A stretch of 64,000 nt of DNA, taken from assembly GCF_963921235.1 (NCBI RefSeq), contig NC_086097.1, positions 108,564,001-108,628,000 of the forward strand, written 5' to 3'. This DNA is from Mobula hypostoma. Its lineage: Eukaryota. The notes under the pieces are model-generated. The model was given only the letters and a program-made list of their open reading frames with translations. It did no database searches and was not told the origin of the DNA. The translations under genes were made by a program, and so were the position numbers. This document shows, in pieces, positions 1-13,863 of the stretch (position 1 is its first letter; the number at the start of each line of letters is the position of its first letter).

Positions 1-445
1 GCAGAAGAGGATGCTTCCTGGATTAAAGAGTATGAGCTATATGGAACATTTGGACAAACTTGGGCTCTTTTCCCTAGTGTGTCGGATGCTGAAGGGAGAC
101 CTGATAAAGGTTTGTACAATTATGAGAGGTATATTAGGGTAGATGGTCCGAATCTTCTCCCCAGGGTAGAAATGTCAAGTACCTGAGGGCGTGCCTTTAA
201 TGCTGGAGGGAGAGGAACTTAAGACAATGTGAGGGGCAATTTTTTCATGTAGAGAGTGGTCAGAGCCTGGAATGGGTTACCAGGGATAGTCATGGAAGCA
301 GGCAGTTTGGTAGAGTCTAAGTGGTTTAAACACAAAGGGAATGGAGGGATATGGATAACACACAGGAGGATATTTAGTGTAAATTGGCATCAACATCAGC
401 ATTGCCTGTATGGCCTGTCCAGTACTGCACCCTTCTATGTTGTAT
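1..445 (+). mobile_element. CR1 LINE 3' fragment
   Basis: Degenerate RMLPGL...LGLFSL...LKGDLIKV CR1 ORF2 C-terminus plus a CR1-type 3' tail. Confidence 0.8.
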
Positions 446-877
446 GAAAATATCTCTCTTGTGAAGGATGAGCCATAGAAAAGTACAGCACAGAAACAGG
501 CCTTTTGGGTCATCTAGTCCATGCTGAACCATTTAAACTGCCTACTCCCATCAACCTGCACCGAGACCATAGCCCTCCATAACCCTACCATCCATGTACC
601 CATCCAAACTTCTCTTACTGAGTGATGGAATAGTTACAAGGGACTAAGTAATCCACTCCTACTCCTGTTCTGATTAAAGAAATCATTCTTTGTATCTGCT
701 GTCTTCCCATATCCTTAGATCTTCTCCAAGCTGAGGCCTGGTCTCTTGTTTCCCCCCTACCCCTCACCTCACAGTCTCTCCTATGACTTCACCCTTTCCT
801 CTGCACCTTAATGCACTCCCTTACTGCAAACCTTGAGTGACAAAAAACAGCATTTCAGCTTTCCAGCAATTATTGGG

Positions 878-1135
878 TGCCATGGTAGCTCTGTGGTCAG
901 TGCGTTGTTACGCCTCGGGGCATTGGAGTTCAGAGTTCATTTCCAGCAGGATTCTGTAAGGAAGTTTGTGTGTTCTTCCCATGTGCACATCTGGGTGCTC
1001 CAGTTTCCTCCCACAGTCCAAAGACATAACAATAGGTTAATTGGTCATTGTAAATTGTCCTAGGGTTAAATCGGTGGATTACTGGGTGGCATAGCTCGGT
1101 GGGCCAGAAGGCCCTGTTTCTCTAAATAAAATAAA
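878..1135 (+). mobile_element. tRNA-derived V-SINE/HE1-like SINE
   Basis: Core GGTGCTCCAGTTTCCTCCCACAGTCCAAAGAC and a (TAAA)n tail. Confidence 0.7.
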
Positions 1136-2519
1136 AGATTCACCATCACCATCCCTCCCCATCTCCGCTCTATATATTGTGGTGTTTGTGATGTGTTGTT
1201 ACTGTGAACATCGCGTTTCTTTGCAAATGGCACAAAGTATTGGTGAAAGATGAAATGTTTGCAGTTTGAAACGAGATTAACTGTTAGTTGCTGGTTGTCT
1301 TTGCTCTTTGGGGGATGTATAATGGGTACCATTTCATTTGGGTTGTTGATAGTAATGGACTTGATGTTTTGCCAGTTGAATTCTGAGATATGTCAGTATT
1401 AAATTGGAGAACTGCCAACCGTAAATCCCAAAAATCAGTGTTGGAATCCATTCTAGAAAATCACTGAAATAGCTCTAATACGTGGCAGAGCTATTCTTCA
1501 TGTATGACATCCCAAAAGTTCAGTTTCTTGCAGAAACACTATTTTTAAAAATTATTTCTATGTGTGTGTCATTGGATATTTGGGAGCCCAATTACGAATG
1601 TGTATGAAAAAATTATAAGTAAGTTATATAAATATAAGAAATGGCAATCAGGTAAAGAATTGGTACATTGAATCTTCGTAATCGCTGGAGCATCATGACC
1701 AGACATCTGCCCAACTATTTCTTGGTGGCATTACTCTGTTGGTGGTGGCAAGCAAAGGAAGTTGTAATACATAGGCAAAAACAAATTGGACCGTGCTTTA
1801 GCCCGTTTAGGCAATCAAACCAGAATCTCATAGACTGGATGTTACCCAGATAACTACATGATAAAATCTCTTTCCACATCAAGAACAAATAAAGGTCCTC
1901 TATTCCAAAGGCTCAGGGCCGTCTGGGAGAAGAAGAACTAACTGTCCAACATCAAGTATTCCCTTATTCTGGTACAATTTAAATTTGAGCAAGACTATTA
2001 ATGGAGATAGTCTGTCAGTAGGCACATAATCCAGCCCTCCTTGTATAATTTTATTTTATAATTTGACCTCTTATAACTTAACAGTTTTAGGTTCAATATC
2101 ATTTTCATGAATCTAAGTACAACTTCTTTGCTGATATAGAATATTCTGAATGGGTCAAAGCAAATCTTTTTATAATCACAAGCTTCTATTCCTTTCTGTT
2201 TTAGCCTCCTAAGGTAAAGACCAACATTTCAGTAATATCACAATTAGATCTTTTCCTGGATTACTCACTTTAGTTTTTAAATCTCTCTGCTCGTCCACTA
2301 TTGCCAACATGGAGAAAATCCTCTTATTGATCTGAATTTGCCTTATATTTCCTTGTATTTCCAGTGAAAGTTTCTGTGTTAATCTTACAACTGATAAACT
2401 GACCACTTTGGGCCACTGTTTTCCTTGCAAATCAATGTATGCTGATTTCCAGCTTGTTACTGCCCCCGCTCTGCCTGTTTCCATATTTGTAAGCATAACG
2501 ATTTCATAATCATTTTAGG

Positions 2520-2784
2520 ATGCCACCGTAGCGTAAGATTAACGCGACACTATTACAGCTTGGGGCGTCAGAGTTCAATTCCCATGCTGTCCGTAAGAAG
2601 TTTGTAATTCCTTCCTGTGAGCACATAGGTTTCCTCTGGGTGCTCCAGTATCCTCCCACATTCCAAAGATGTACCAGTTAGTAGGTTAATTAGTTGTTGT
2701 AAATTGTCCTGTCATTAAGCTAGGGTTAAATAGTGGGTTGCTGGACAGTGCCGGACGGGCCTGTTTCCCGTAGTATCTCTAAAT
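2520..2784 (+). mobile_element. V-SINE/HE1-like SINE
   Basis: Same core as 878-1135 (GGGTGCTCCAGTATCCTCCCACATTCCAAAGA). Confidence 0.7.
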
Positions 2785-2864
2785 CAGGGATTCCCAACAT
2801 TTTTTTATGCCATGGACCCCACCTTTAACTGGAGACTCACTGGTCCCCAGATTGGAACCCCCTG
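2785..2864. mobile_element. hAT-family MITE (80 bp)
   Basis: TIRs CAGGGATTCCCAAC ... ATTGGAACCCCCTG; perfect 8-bp TSD CTCTAAAT at 2777-2784 and 2865-2872. Confidence 0.85.
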
Positions 2865-3210
2865 CTCTAAATAAATAATCATAAGAATATGATTGATCTC
2901 AAATGGTGGAAACTAATAAAGTTTTTCTCTTGCGCCTACTCCTACCTGTTGGTAATGAGGCTGAAACAGGCCTTCAGGGGAAGACCTTATAATATTTCAT
3001 AGCCTGTAATCTCTGTGTTATCTTTGAGCCTGTTATGGTTAGTGATCTACTCCAGAAGCATTTGTATCATTTGGGGACCCTTGAGAGGAATTCCTTCTGG
3101 AGTCTTCTCAAAGGAGATAACAGCAAAATATTTAGAGTTGTTACTGGTATGTTTTGTAACTCCAGAAATTAATTGAAAGAAAAACACGTCTGGGAATAAC
3201 ACGTCTACTT

Positions 3211-3483
3211 AGTGGGAGGGGGAGGGGGAGATCCAAAATGATAAGAGAAGATCCTCTCGTATCCCTTTTGCCAATCACCTGTCTAGCTCTTGGCTCCATC
3301 CCTCCCCCTCCTGTCTTCTCCTATCATTTTGGATCTCCCCCTCCCCCTCCCACTTTCAAATCTCTTACTAACTCTTCCTTCAGTTAGTCCTGACGAAGGG
3401 TCTTGGCCTGAAACGTCGACTGTACCTCTTCCTAGAGATGCTGCCTGGCCTGCTGCGTTCACCAGCAACTTTGATGTGTGTTG
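3211..3483 (+). mobile_element. Penelope-like element 3' end (pseudo-LTR) with a short 5' inverted segment and a hammerhead motif
   Basis: Near-identical to the reverse complement of the Penelope terminus at 34275-34500. 3211-3253 is an inverted copy of about 3314-3354. Confidence 0.85.
3381..3422 (+). ncRNA. Minimal type-I hammerhead ribozyme motif (Penelope-associated)
   Basis: AGTC-CTGACGA-AGG(gtcttgg)CCT-GAAAC-GTC-GACT: conserved CUGANGA and GAAA cores, stem I AGTC/GACT, stem II AGG/CCT, GUC cleavage triplet at 3415-3417. Confidence 0.75.
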
Positions 3484-6479
3484 TTTCTAAATTCTTGTCA
3501 TTTTGCATTCAAAGTCCATTAGTTACCCAGCTTGACTTTTCTGTGTATCTTTGACCATTGTCTGTTACATGGTATTAACTTCATAACTGGTTGTTGGTAA
3601 GCTGGAGGTATCCGGGGAACATGACCAGATGGCCTCAGAGGAGAATTTCAGATTGCTTTGGCTCAAGTGGCTGTGGACTCTTTCACCTCAGTATGAGTAT
3701 CAGTGCTGTGGGATTGTTGGCTAGCAGTAAACATCAATGACACTGGTTGGAGCGACAGGGTCTGAGAGAGGACTACAGAACTGATGCTCATTAGAGCCAC
3801 CTGGTAGTGACTCAGTGAGCCCTTTTTGCAAACTATAATCTATCGAATGAAAGCTCCGACATTTTATTTTCTGACCTTTCACTAGGCAACAGGTGAATGG
3901 CCACTATTACTGCAATTAATGCTATGATACGCACGTCAAAATCAAATGCTATGCTGTTCATCCTGTCCAGGTGAGAAAAGAAAGAGCCAGCCAACCTAAT
4001 CTCATCATCCAGCACTTGCAAGTTCATGTCCAAGTATTTATGCGAGGTATTGGGAATCTTTAACACAAAAAAACAGTAGGAGGAGCCCTCTCAGCCCCCC
4101 CGATGTTTGCAAAGTGAGTACGTCATATTTCCTCATGATGTACAAGTAGGCCATTTGTTTAAAGTCTGTGCCAGTTCTTGCAGCAGTCCTGTTACCCCAC
4201 TAATTTTTCCTATCATCTCTTCTCTCACTTGTGTCCATTAAAGCACCCCCCCCCTTATTTTCCAATTGCACAGCTGCACCATAGATAATTTATTGGGGAC
4301 TACTAACCTAACAATACACGCCTTTTGGATGTGGGAGGAAAGCAGAGAGCCCACAACCATGTAATACTCTCACAACCATGGGGAGGACGTACAAGCTCCA
4401 CCAATGAAGCATCAGACCTGCAGGGCTCTGGGACAGTTGCACCATGAACAATACTACTCTGCTGCCCAAAAATCTTTTGATCTCTGTGACGAAGTATTTA
4501 ATCTATACTAACTTTTCAAGCGGTGAGTTCCAGCCCTCTTTCACCTGACGAGTGAAAATAGTTTTCCTTATCTCCTCTCCGTTCCTATCAGTTATTTAAA
4601 AAATTTCCCATGGTTTTTGATCACTCTGTTAAAGGAAACAGCTTCTTCCTACTTACTATATCTTGGCCCCTGGTAATTTTACCTTCTCTTTCTCAGGCAG
4701 TTCCTTGGGGCCCAGGATGACTTGCTGCCATTCCAGTTCTGTGAGTTCTGAGGTGGCTGATGAGGCCTATTTGAGATCCGCAGACTCTGCCACAAGTGCT
4801 TGACAGGCGGGTAGGTGGATAGAGTGGGAGGTGGTACACTTCTTTTGCTATTTTCACTTTGCACCCGCATGCTCTGAATGAAAGAACTCAAGTTCCCAGT
4901 GCTATCCTGGATGCTGCTTCTCCATTTGGAGAGGTCACGGGTCAGAGATGCCCACGTTGATGAATTCAGGAAGGACTTGAAAACACCAGGGAAATGTTTA
5001 CTCTGTCTTTCTGGTCATCTCTCATAATGACAGAACTTGTAGGAGGGTACAATGAATGTCTTTGGACTCTGGCTTTAGAGGTGACTGTGTAATGAGAGTC
5101 TTGTTGGTTGGAATAATGGACAGTGACATGGTTCACTTACCTTTCAAATGGATTTTGATGATTTTGGAGATCAGCTTTGGCAGCAACTGTAGTAATTTGA
5201 GTTCCCTCTTTGAACTCTCATTTCTCAGCCAACCAAAGGATATGCTAAACTTCTACTTTCTTAAAGAGGTGACTCTTAATATATGGGAAATGAGCTATGT
5301 TTCCTAGGGTTTTCCAGTGTTGTACAACGAGGTTGGCTGCTAGCGGACTGTTGTTCTGCTGACATTGAGTGTAAGGCTCATCCCCTCAGCAAACACGTCA
5401 AGGACGACCCAGAGCTGTGGCCGTTTATGTGCTAGCAATGCTCTTTGTTCTCGAGTGGAGGCAACAACGATTCAGCAGTTTACAATTTGTCCTATAGATT
5501 GGCTCACTCCAATAGAAAAACTGTTGGATTTGAAATGCATTACTGAAGTGAAAAAGATTGAATGTTGGAATAATTATTGCTTTGGTTGATTCTGGTTTGT
5601 ATTGGGATTGATTTGGAGGTAGGCTGTTGGTTGGAATTATAGGTTGGATGTCATCACATAACAGATATAGAGTAGAGCCAAATTTAAGAACAGTGATCTA
5701 CAATCCTTTATTTAGATAAGTTGATATTTTATTTGTAAAACTGCTGCATTTTTAGAGGGCTGTCACATGGTAATACTCTCGTCTTTTGCACCTCTAATGG
5801 AAACAATCTGCACTGGCCTTTGGGGAGAGGCTGCTTGGCCAATTACAATGACTTTTTCGGTATTTGCAATTGAATTGTCTTCTTTTGAAGATTCTAAAGG
5901 TGATAGCACCTTCAACATTCCTACATAAGGGAGATGAGGTAATGAATTAATTAATATCACAAGTTCCTCTCTCTAAAGTTTTACAACTGTGGGAGGGATA
6001 ATATCTCTTCCTGAGCTAGTGGCAGTATGCTCCTTTGTGGAATGGAGTTGAGATAAGGCCACTTGCATGTAGAACAGAGTCTTGAATTTGAAATTGTTCC
6101 AACAACCTTTCCATTGGACTTTGACTGTTTACATAAGATCTCCAGTCTTGATAGTCAACAGGCTTGGCCTTTGGGCATTTAAGATTTAGTTGAAGAATTT
6201 GCACATATGGTGGTATCAATGATTGCTGCATCTCCTGTGCTCTTTCCACCTATTATCTGTTCTTTAGATTTTTTTTGTTAAACCATAGTTTTGGTGTTTA
6301 TTTTTTCCTTGAAATTTGATAGCATTTCCAATCCAAAAATGTCGGATTTGCACTTATTTTCGCTTCAAGATCTCCTAGTGATTCTTATTCAGTTCATCCC
6401 TCTTTCGTGCTGGTGGAGAAACCAACAGCATCATCATTTGTGTTATTTCTGTTATTCTTGTTCGTTGGGAGTCACGAGG

Positions 6480-7335
6480 TTGTCAGGGTAATAAATTGAT
6501 AAGGAATTTGCACATGGCACAGAGATTGGCAGAGTTGATGATGTAGAAGGCAGTCTGAGGCTGCAGAGATATCTACATGTTGGTGAAATGGGCTGAAAAA
6601 AAATGGCAGATGGAGTTTAATCATTCTAGACAAATGTGAGGTGATCTATTCTGGAAATATCGATGAGGCTAGGTCATACACCATGAATGATAGGATCTTG
6701 GGGAGTACTGAGGAACAGAAAGACCTTGCAGTATGAGACCAAAGATCCTTAAAGATGGCAACATGGGTAGATGATGTGATTTGGGAGGCATAAGGGATAC
6801 AGGCGTTCCTTTGTTTATTGAATACAGAAGTAGGGAGGCAGTGCTTCAACTTCGTAAGACATCAGCTGAAGTACTATGTACAATTCTCTAGGAAGGATGT
6901 GATAGCACTGAAGTAGCGCAGAGGAGGTTCAGAGGATATTGTCTGGATGGAGCAGTTCAGTTGGAGGTGAGACGAGGGACTCTACGTCTGTTTTCCCTAG
7001 AGTGGACATTAACAAGAGACATATTTGTGTTATGAGGGGTATAAAGAGAACAGACTGCAGGAATCTTTTTTCCATATGAGAGATGGATAAAACATATATG
7101 CTAATGGGGAAGAGATTTAGAGGTAATATGAGGGATCCCTTTTCTACGAAAATGTCCTGGAATGCAGCGCCAAAGAGAGTGGATGAAGCTGGGTCAGTGA
7201 TGATCACGAAGAAGTGTCTAGGCATAGAAGGTTATTGAGTCTGTGCTGGGAGATGGGATTAATGTGAAGGGGTGCCTACTGGTAGGCAAAAGCAAGTTCA
7301 TATTGAACCAAGTTCCATGCTGACTGTATCTATGA
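6480..7335 (+). mobile_element. Old CR1 LINE fragment
   Basis: Degenerate KWQMEFN...LGSTEEQKDL...LRRRFRG CR1 ORF2 motifs. Confidence 0.75.
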
Positions 7336-7704
7336 CTTTGACTTATTTTGTGGAATTCTCAAGACCCTGGACATGAATTTTCTTTCTGTTGTTGCGATTG
7401 TTTTGGAGCCAGGCTGATGGTAATGATGGAGCAAATTAGTTACTGTAAAGTTATAGACAGTTCTGGCATCACCACCTGCTCCTATATTTCATATCTTGAC
7501 TCACGGACTAAAACAACCAAAAAGCATCAACAGGAGTTGTGTTAGATCAAAATGGGAATTGATTGTAATGTTGTCAAGAAAGCAGGAAGCTTGAGGACTT
7601 AGTAAATTTTAGGATTCATTGAAGGGGTGTGGCAGAGAACTTAATTTTTTTTTATATCTGCCTTCATGGTAATATGCACTGGAAAGCTTTGGAGAAAGAT
7701 TGGG

Positions 7705-7915
7705 AAGTGTCATCCCCAAAGGCACTACACAATAGTTTTAAACAATTAGGGCTACACAGTAATATCTATGTAAATCTTCAGAAAACTACAGTACTAATTA
7801 CCACTAGAATAATCCAGAAATTCCTAGCAATTGACAAATGATTGTGCTTGGCAATGTCTGTGCCTCAGGTTTTACCAGCTTGAGCTGAGAAAAAAATGAA
7901 AATAATAATAATAAA
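7705..7915 (+). mobile_element. R4/Dong-clade non-LTR retrotransposon 3' end
   Basis: PKALHNSFKQLGLHSNIYVNLQKTTVLITTRIIQKFL* resembles the R4/Dong C-terminus and is followed by a (TAA)n tail. Confidence 0.6.
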
Positions 7916-8255
7916 TGAGCAATAAATATCGAGAAAATGAGATGAAGAGTCCTTGAAAATAAGTACTTTGGTTGTGGGAACATTTCAGTGATGGGGCAAA
8001 TGAAGTTGAGTGAAGTATCCCCTTTGGTTTAAGCACCTGATGGTTGAGAGGTAGTAATTCTTCCTGAACCTGGTGGTGTGAGTCCTGAGGCTCCTGTACT
8101 TTCTTCCTGATGGCAGCAGTGAGAAGAGAGCATGACCTGGGTGGTGGGGGTCCCTGATGGTGGGGGTTTCCTGTGATAGCATTTCACGTAGATGTGCTCA
8201 TTAGTTGGGAGGGCTTTGTTACTCGTGATAGACTGGGCCCTATCCACTACTTTTT
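7916..8255 (-). mobile_element. Rex1/Babar LINE 3' fragment
   Basis: IRDPHHPGHALFSLLPSGRKYRSLRTHTTRF motif. Confidence 0.8.
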
Positions 8256-9567
8256 ACCCAACTATTTCATAAAAACAGATAGAGCAAAGCAACAGATCAA
8301 TGAGCCTGATGCAATAGAAACAGCAGAAGCTGGAAATCTGGATTGACACACGCACACAACGCTGGAGAATGCTGGTCAGGCAGCATCCATGGAAGAACAT
8401 GAACAGTTTACATTTTGGGCTGAGACCCTGCATGGATGCTACCTGACCTGCTGAGTTTATCCAGCGTTTTTTGTGTTGCAACTATTAGCATAAGATCAGT
8501 TGTAAGAAGATGCTAGAATCTATTATTGAGAAGGTACTAACAGGGATTTAAAAAGAAAGTAGACAAGAACACTAGTCAAGTCAAGTCACTTTTTATTGTC
8601 ATCTCAACCATAACTGCTGGTACTTTGTCAAGCCCCCTTAGGATTTTATACAGTATGTTTGAATAACATCGCACAGTTACTGTTCTAAACTCCATGGAAT
8701 ACAGGCCAAAACCTTTTGGTCTCTCGCATTACGACAAAGTTCTTATCTCAGGAATTAACCTGGTTAATCTGCTTCTTCCTGGCTGTGCTGCCCTTGGTAA
8801 GGGGACCAAAACTGTGTTTGATATTCCAGGTGAAACCTCAGCGACTACCTGTACAATTGCAACAAAACCTCACCATTTTTAAACCTTGACTCATTTTGCA
8901 GTGAGGGACAAAATGCCATTTGCTGGCTTCACTACTTGTAGTGGGCTAGGGATGTGGCGTGACACTGAACTGAACTAAACTGAATACCACTGGGCTGCTG
9001 GTTGGATGTCTGACATTCTATGTGTTGTTCGCTTGCGTTTTGCCATTTGCACAATTTGTTCTTTTTCTCACATGCTGAGTGGTTTGATGTTTTCTTGAAA
9101 AGGTTCCATGGTGTTTCTTTGAGTTTCAATCTCCCGCAGGCAGTCACGGAACAGAGTTATATTCTGTATACATACCTTGAGAATAAATGTATATTGAATC
9201 TTCATTGGTCTTGCCCGCTAATTCATACACCACAACACTTTGACCCTCTGGTATTTCACTCATAGGCAGTGAAGGGCTTAGCTGAATCAGCGTTGATTAA
9301 GAAAGGAAAGCCAAGTCTGATAAGTCTGTTGGAGTTCTTTGACTAACTGAATAGAAAAAGATCAAACAGTGATAAATAAATCTGAATCAGAGGTGGCTGT
9401 GGTTAGCAATGCAACAAAGATCAGTACTGGCACCCCAAATGTTCACTATTTATGTCAGCGATTTAGATGAGGGGACCAAATGTCACATATTCAGCTTTGC
9501 TTGATGTAAAAAGTTGGTGGCACTGTGGTACGAGGATGATTGGGGGTTTCTGGAGCTGCAAACTGGC

Positions 9568-10918
9568 TAACATCGAAACCTACAGCACAATACAGGCCCT
9601 TCGACCCACAAAGCTGTGCCGAACATGTCCTTACCTTAGAAATTACCTAGGGTTATCCATAGCCCTCTATTTTTACTAAGTTCCATGTACCTGTCCAGGA
9701 GTCTCTTAAAAGACCCTACCGTATCCGCCTCTACCACCGTCACCAGCAGCCCATTCCACTCACACACCACTCTCTGCGTAAAAAACTTACCCCTGACATC
9801 TCCATTGCACCTACTTCCAAGCACCTTAAAACTGTGCCCTCTCATGCTAGCCATTTCAACCCTGGGAAAAAGCCTCTGACTATCCACACAATCAATGCCT
9901 CTCATCATCTTATACACCTCTATCAGGTCACCTCTCATCCTCCGTCGCTCCAAGGAAAAAAGGCCAAGTTCACTCAACCTGTTCTCATAAGGCATGCTCC
10001 CCATTCCAAGCAACATCCTTGTAAATCACCTCTGCTTCCTTTCTGTGGTTTCCACATCCTTCCTATAGTGAGGCGACCAGAATTGAGCACAGTACTCCAA
10101 GTGGGGTCTGACCAGGGTCCTATATAGCTGCAACATTACCTCTCGGCTCCTAAACTCAATCCCACAGTTGATGAAGGCCAATGCACCATATGCCTTCTTA
10201 ACCACAGAGTCAACCTGCGCTGCAGCCTTGAGTGTCCTATGGACTCAGACCCCAAGATCCCTCTGATCCTCCACACTGCCAAGTGTCTTACCATTAATAC
10301 TATATTCTGCCAACATATTTGACCTACCACAATGAACCACCTCACACTCATCTGGGCTGAACTCCATCTGCCACTTCTCAGCCCAGTTTTGCATCCTATC
10401 AATGTCCCGCTGTAACCTCTGACAGCCCTCCGCACTATTCACAACACCCCCAACCTTTGTGTCATTAGCAAATTTACTAACCCATCCCTCCACTTCCTCA
10501 TCCAGGTCATTTATAAAAATCACAAAAGAGTAGGGGTCCCAGAACAGATCCCTGAGGCACACCACTGGTCACCGACTTCCATGCAGAATATGACCCATCT
10601 TTGCCTTGTGTGGGCAAGCCAGTTCTGGATCCACAAAGCAATGTCCCCTTGCATCCCATGCCCTCTTATTTTCTCATTAAGCCTTGCATGGGGTACCTTG
10701 TCAAATGCCTTGCTGAAATCCAGATACACTACATCTACTGCTCTTCCTTCATCAATGTGTTTAGTCGCATCCTCAAAAAATTCAATCAGGCTCGTAAGGC
10801 ACGACCTGCTTTTCACAAAGCCATGCCGACTATTCCTAATCATATGATGTTTCTCCAAATGTTCATAAATCCTGCCTCTCAGGATCTTCTCCAACAACTT
10901 ACTAACCACTGAAGTAAG
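9568..10918 (-). mobile_element. Relatively young 5'-truncated CR1 LINE nested in an older CR1
   Basis: RT motifs ([40 protein letters not shown]) with frameshifts; 3' tail at about 9570. Confidence 0.92.
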
Positions 10919-12594
10919 AAAACGGGGAAGAGCATGACAGATAGAAAATAATAATTAAAAATGTGAGGTTAGCACTTTAGTAGAAAAAGTGGAAAGGAGG
11001 GATATTTGGTAAGCTTGAAATGTGTCGGTGTTTAAAAGTTCTGGGTCTCCTTGTACACAAATCACTGGAAATCATGAAGTTACTAAGCTTTAATATAGCA
11101 ACCAGTTACCATCTATTGCAAAAGGAGACATCTTATTGCTGTTATATGAGGTCCATCTGCAATTCTGTGTATATTTCTTAACTAAAAATGGATAGACATG
11201 AGTTAGAGAGAGTGCAATAGAGGGTCTCCAGAGTAATTCGTGGATTTTGTCTGGTGTGGAGAATTAACATGGGATTGTGCCAGATACTGCACTGCTTCGG
11301 GCAACATAATTCTTTGCTAATAACAATTGCAGCAAACCACTAGAATGAAGCATTAGTATTAGTGTTACCAAAGACTGGGACAAGTAAACTTTCTGATTGA
11401 GGTGATGGAACTGAGATTGTGAAAGATGAAAGTGGGGGTGATAGAGATCGAGAATCTAGGGTAAAGATTGAGGCATTTCTAGCAGTTCCATTTTAAATAG
11501 GTGACTGAAAGGCTAATCTTGTTAGCATTAGACGGGTCATTGAGAGAGGCGGCTTGCAGGAACAGGATGTTTGCTAAGGGGGTGGCCTTTAAAAATGAGA
11601 AAAAGAGAGTTCAGAGTCAGCATGCTCCTGTTGGAGTGAAGGGCAGGGCTGGCAGAATTACAGAACCCTAGTTAACTAAGGATATTCAGGGTCTGGTCAG
11701 CAGAAAGAAGCAGGCATATTTGAAAGACTACAAGGAATGTAGAGGTACACTTACTATGGAAATCAGGAGGACATAAAGAGGGCAGTGAGATGGTCTCATA
11801 GATAAGATGAGGGAGGCTCCGAAGAGTTTCTGTAATCATTTTAAGCAAAAGGTTAACAAGGAAGAGAATAGGTCCCTTAAGGATCATTGTATCAATATCC
11901 TAAACAATTCCTTTCGTGAGTGAAGACAAGTATTGTAAAAAGAAACACTGTCCTCATTCCAGTATTCTCACTGACTGTTGATGCATCTGTACCGAATCCG
12001 GTCTCTTCCATTTCCTCCAAGCTGTCACTTTGCTCACAGTTGCATACGGTTCCCTGAGCAGAAAGGTCTCCTGCTTCTCCCATTTGCCAGAATTCTGCAC
12101 TGTGACAATATATTTTAAATGTTATCTTTCCAACAGGAGCATACTGACCATTTGCTAACTTCCTTAGATGATACTGCCACAGAGGTGATTTTATCTCATC
12201 TCCAATTTCATTTTCTCTGCACTCCGGGGGATTAATTGCTGTGGGTGGTGCAGTATTTGGACCAGGTTGTTCTGTCCTCTCTTTATTCAGAGAGCTTGAT
12301 TCCACCTCACAATAGATACCTGCTGCAGTTGGTCTTTTTCAGCAGTTCAAGTTTTCCAAGATGATGGATAGCCCCACAAGTCATCATCAACATAAACCAA
12401 TTTTACAATATAACTATCTTGGTTTATAATACTCAGAAGTGGTATCACTGTGTCTGAGTACAGAACCGAAGCCCTTGCTATTATATATTAGATGGGCATC
12501 AATTTCATTGTGTGATGACATTTCACATCAGCAATGGTTCAGGCTTCTGTACAGGTGGACTAGTTCTTGTGGATAGGGTAGAAGGTTGTTGTTG

Positions 12595-13395
12595 GTTACA
12601 ATGGGACATTGATCCGATGCAGAGCTGGCAGATGGAGTTCAGTCTGGGAAAATGTAAGGTGAAATTTGTAAGGTGAAATTTGAAGGCAGAATGCAGGGTT
12701 CTTAGCAGTGTGGAGGAACAGAGGGATCTTGGGGTCCATATTCATTAATCCCTCAAATTTGCTGCACAAGTTGATAGCGTAGTTAAAAAGGCTTATGGCC
12801 TTCATTAGTCGGGGGACTGAGTTCAAGAGCCGTGAGGTAATGTTGTAGCATTATAAATCTCTGGTTAGACCACACTTGGCATATTGTGTTCATGTCTGGT
12901 TGTCTTATCATAGGAAGGATGTGGAAACTTTAGAGGATGCAGAAGATTTACCAGGATTGAAGAACATCACTTGTAGATAGGTTGAGCGTGCTGGGGCTTT
13001 CCCCTTTGGAGAGAAGGAGGATGAGGGGTGACTTGACAGAGATGTACGAGATGATAAGAAGCATAGATAGAGTAGAGAGCAAGCACCTTTTGCCCAGGGT
13101 GGAAATAGCTAATATGAGGGGCATAATTTTAAGGTGATTCAAGTACGGTGGGGGGGGATGTCAGAGGTAATTTTTTTTTACACAGAGAGTGCTAAGTGTG
13201 TGGAACTTTCTGCCAAGGATAGTGGTAGAGGCAGATACATTTGAGACATTTAAGAGACTCTTTGATATGTACATGGATGAAAGAAAAATAGAGGGCTATG
13301 CGAGAGGAAAGAGTTAGATTGATCTTAGAGTAGGTTAAAAGTTCAGCACAACAATGTGGGCCGAAGGGCCTGTACTGTGTTGTAACATTCTATTT
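12595..13395 (+). mobile_element. CR1 LINE 3' fragment
   Basis: WQMEF...SVEEQRDLG...ERRRMRGDL motifs and a CR1 3' tail. Confidence 0.82.
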
Positions 13396-13863
13396 TCTGT
13401 GGAAAAATGGAGATGGGTGAGATCTTAAATGAATATTTCTCATTTGTGTGTATCATGAAAAGCCTCCTGGGTGGAAATTCAGGGAGAATAAATCTCTGTT
13501 GCCTGACCAAGCATACCTGGGGGAACCCACGCAAGGAATTGCTGGAGCCATGGCAGGTCCAATCAGGAATATTAACATTGCTATGCGTATGGGAAATCAT
13601 GCATCTCGTATTTGAGTCCTTCTGAAGAACTGACTGATTGGATTGTCGAGCAGGGCAGTAGACATTGTCTATGTGAATGGTAGGTTGATCCAGAAGGTTA
13701 GAGCACGTGGGATCCAGACGTGAACTAGTCAACTGGTTTGGTAGTAGGAGTCAGAGGGTAGTGGAGATTTGTTTTTCAGACTGGAGGCCTGTGACCAATG
13801 GTGTGCTACAGGAATCAGAGTTATTTATTGCAACTGCTAATGATTTGGATAAGAATGTAGTGG

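Noticed and set aside
1860..2030. IKVLY-containing frame as a possible NCOA7-B-like alternative first exon
   Set aside because: No in-frame ATG and no suitable donor; similarity is limited to a few residues.
3890..4120. Two strong donor-like sites (CAG|GTGAGA at about 3969, AAA|GTGAGT at 4113) as possible extra OXR1 exons
   Set aside because: The phase-0 frames are closed by nearby stops and lack an in-frame ATG; the peptides are not recognised.
5590..6260. Short minus-strand ORFs that look coding
   Set aside because: No identifiable family; probably ancient repeat debris.
11892..12560. 137-aa minus-strand ORF in apparently unique sequence
   Set aside because: No recognisable domain in the frames I translated, neighbouring frames have multiple stops, and there is no convincing splice structure. 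A TBLASTX search would be needed.
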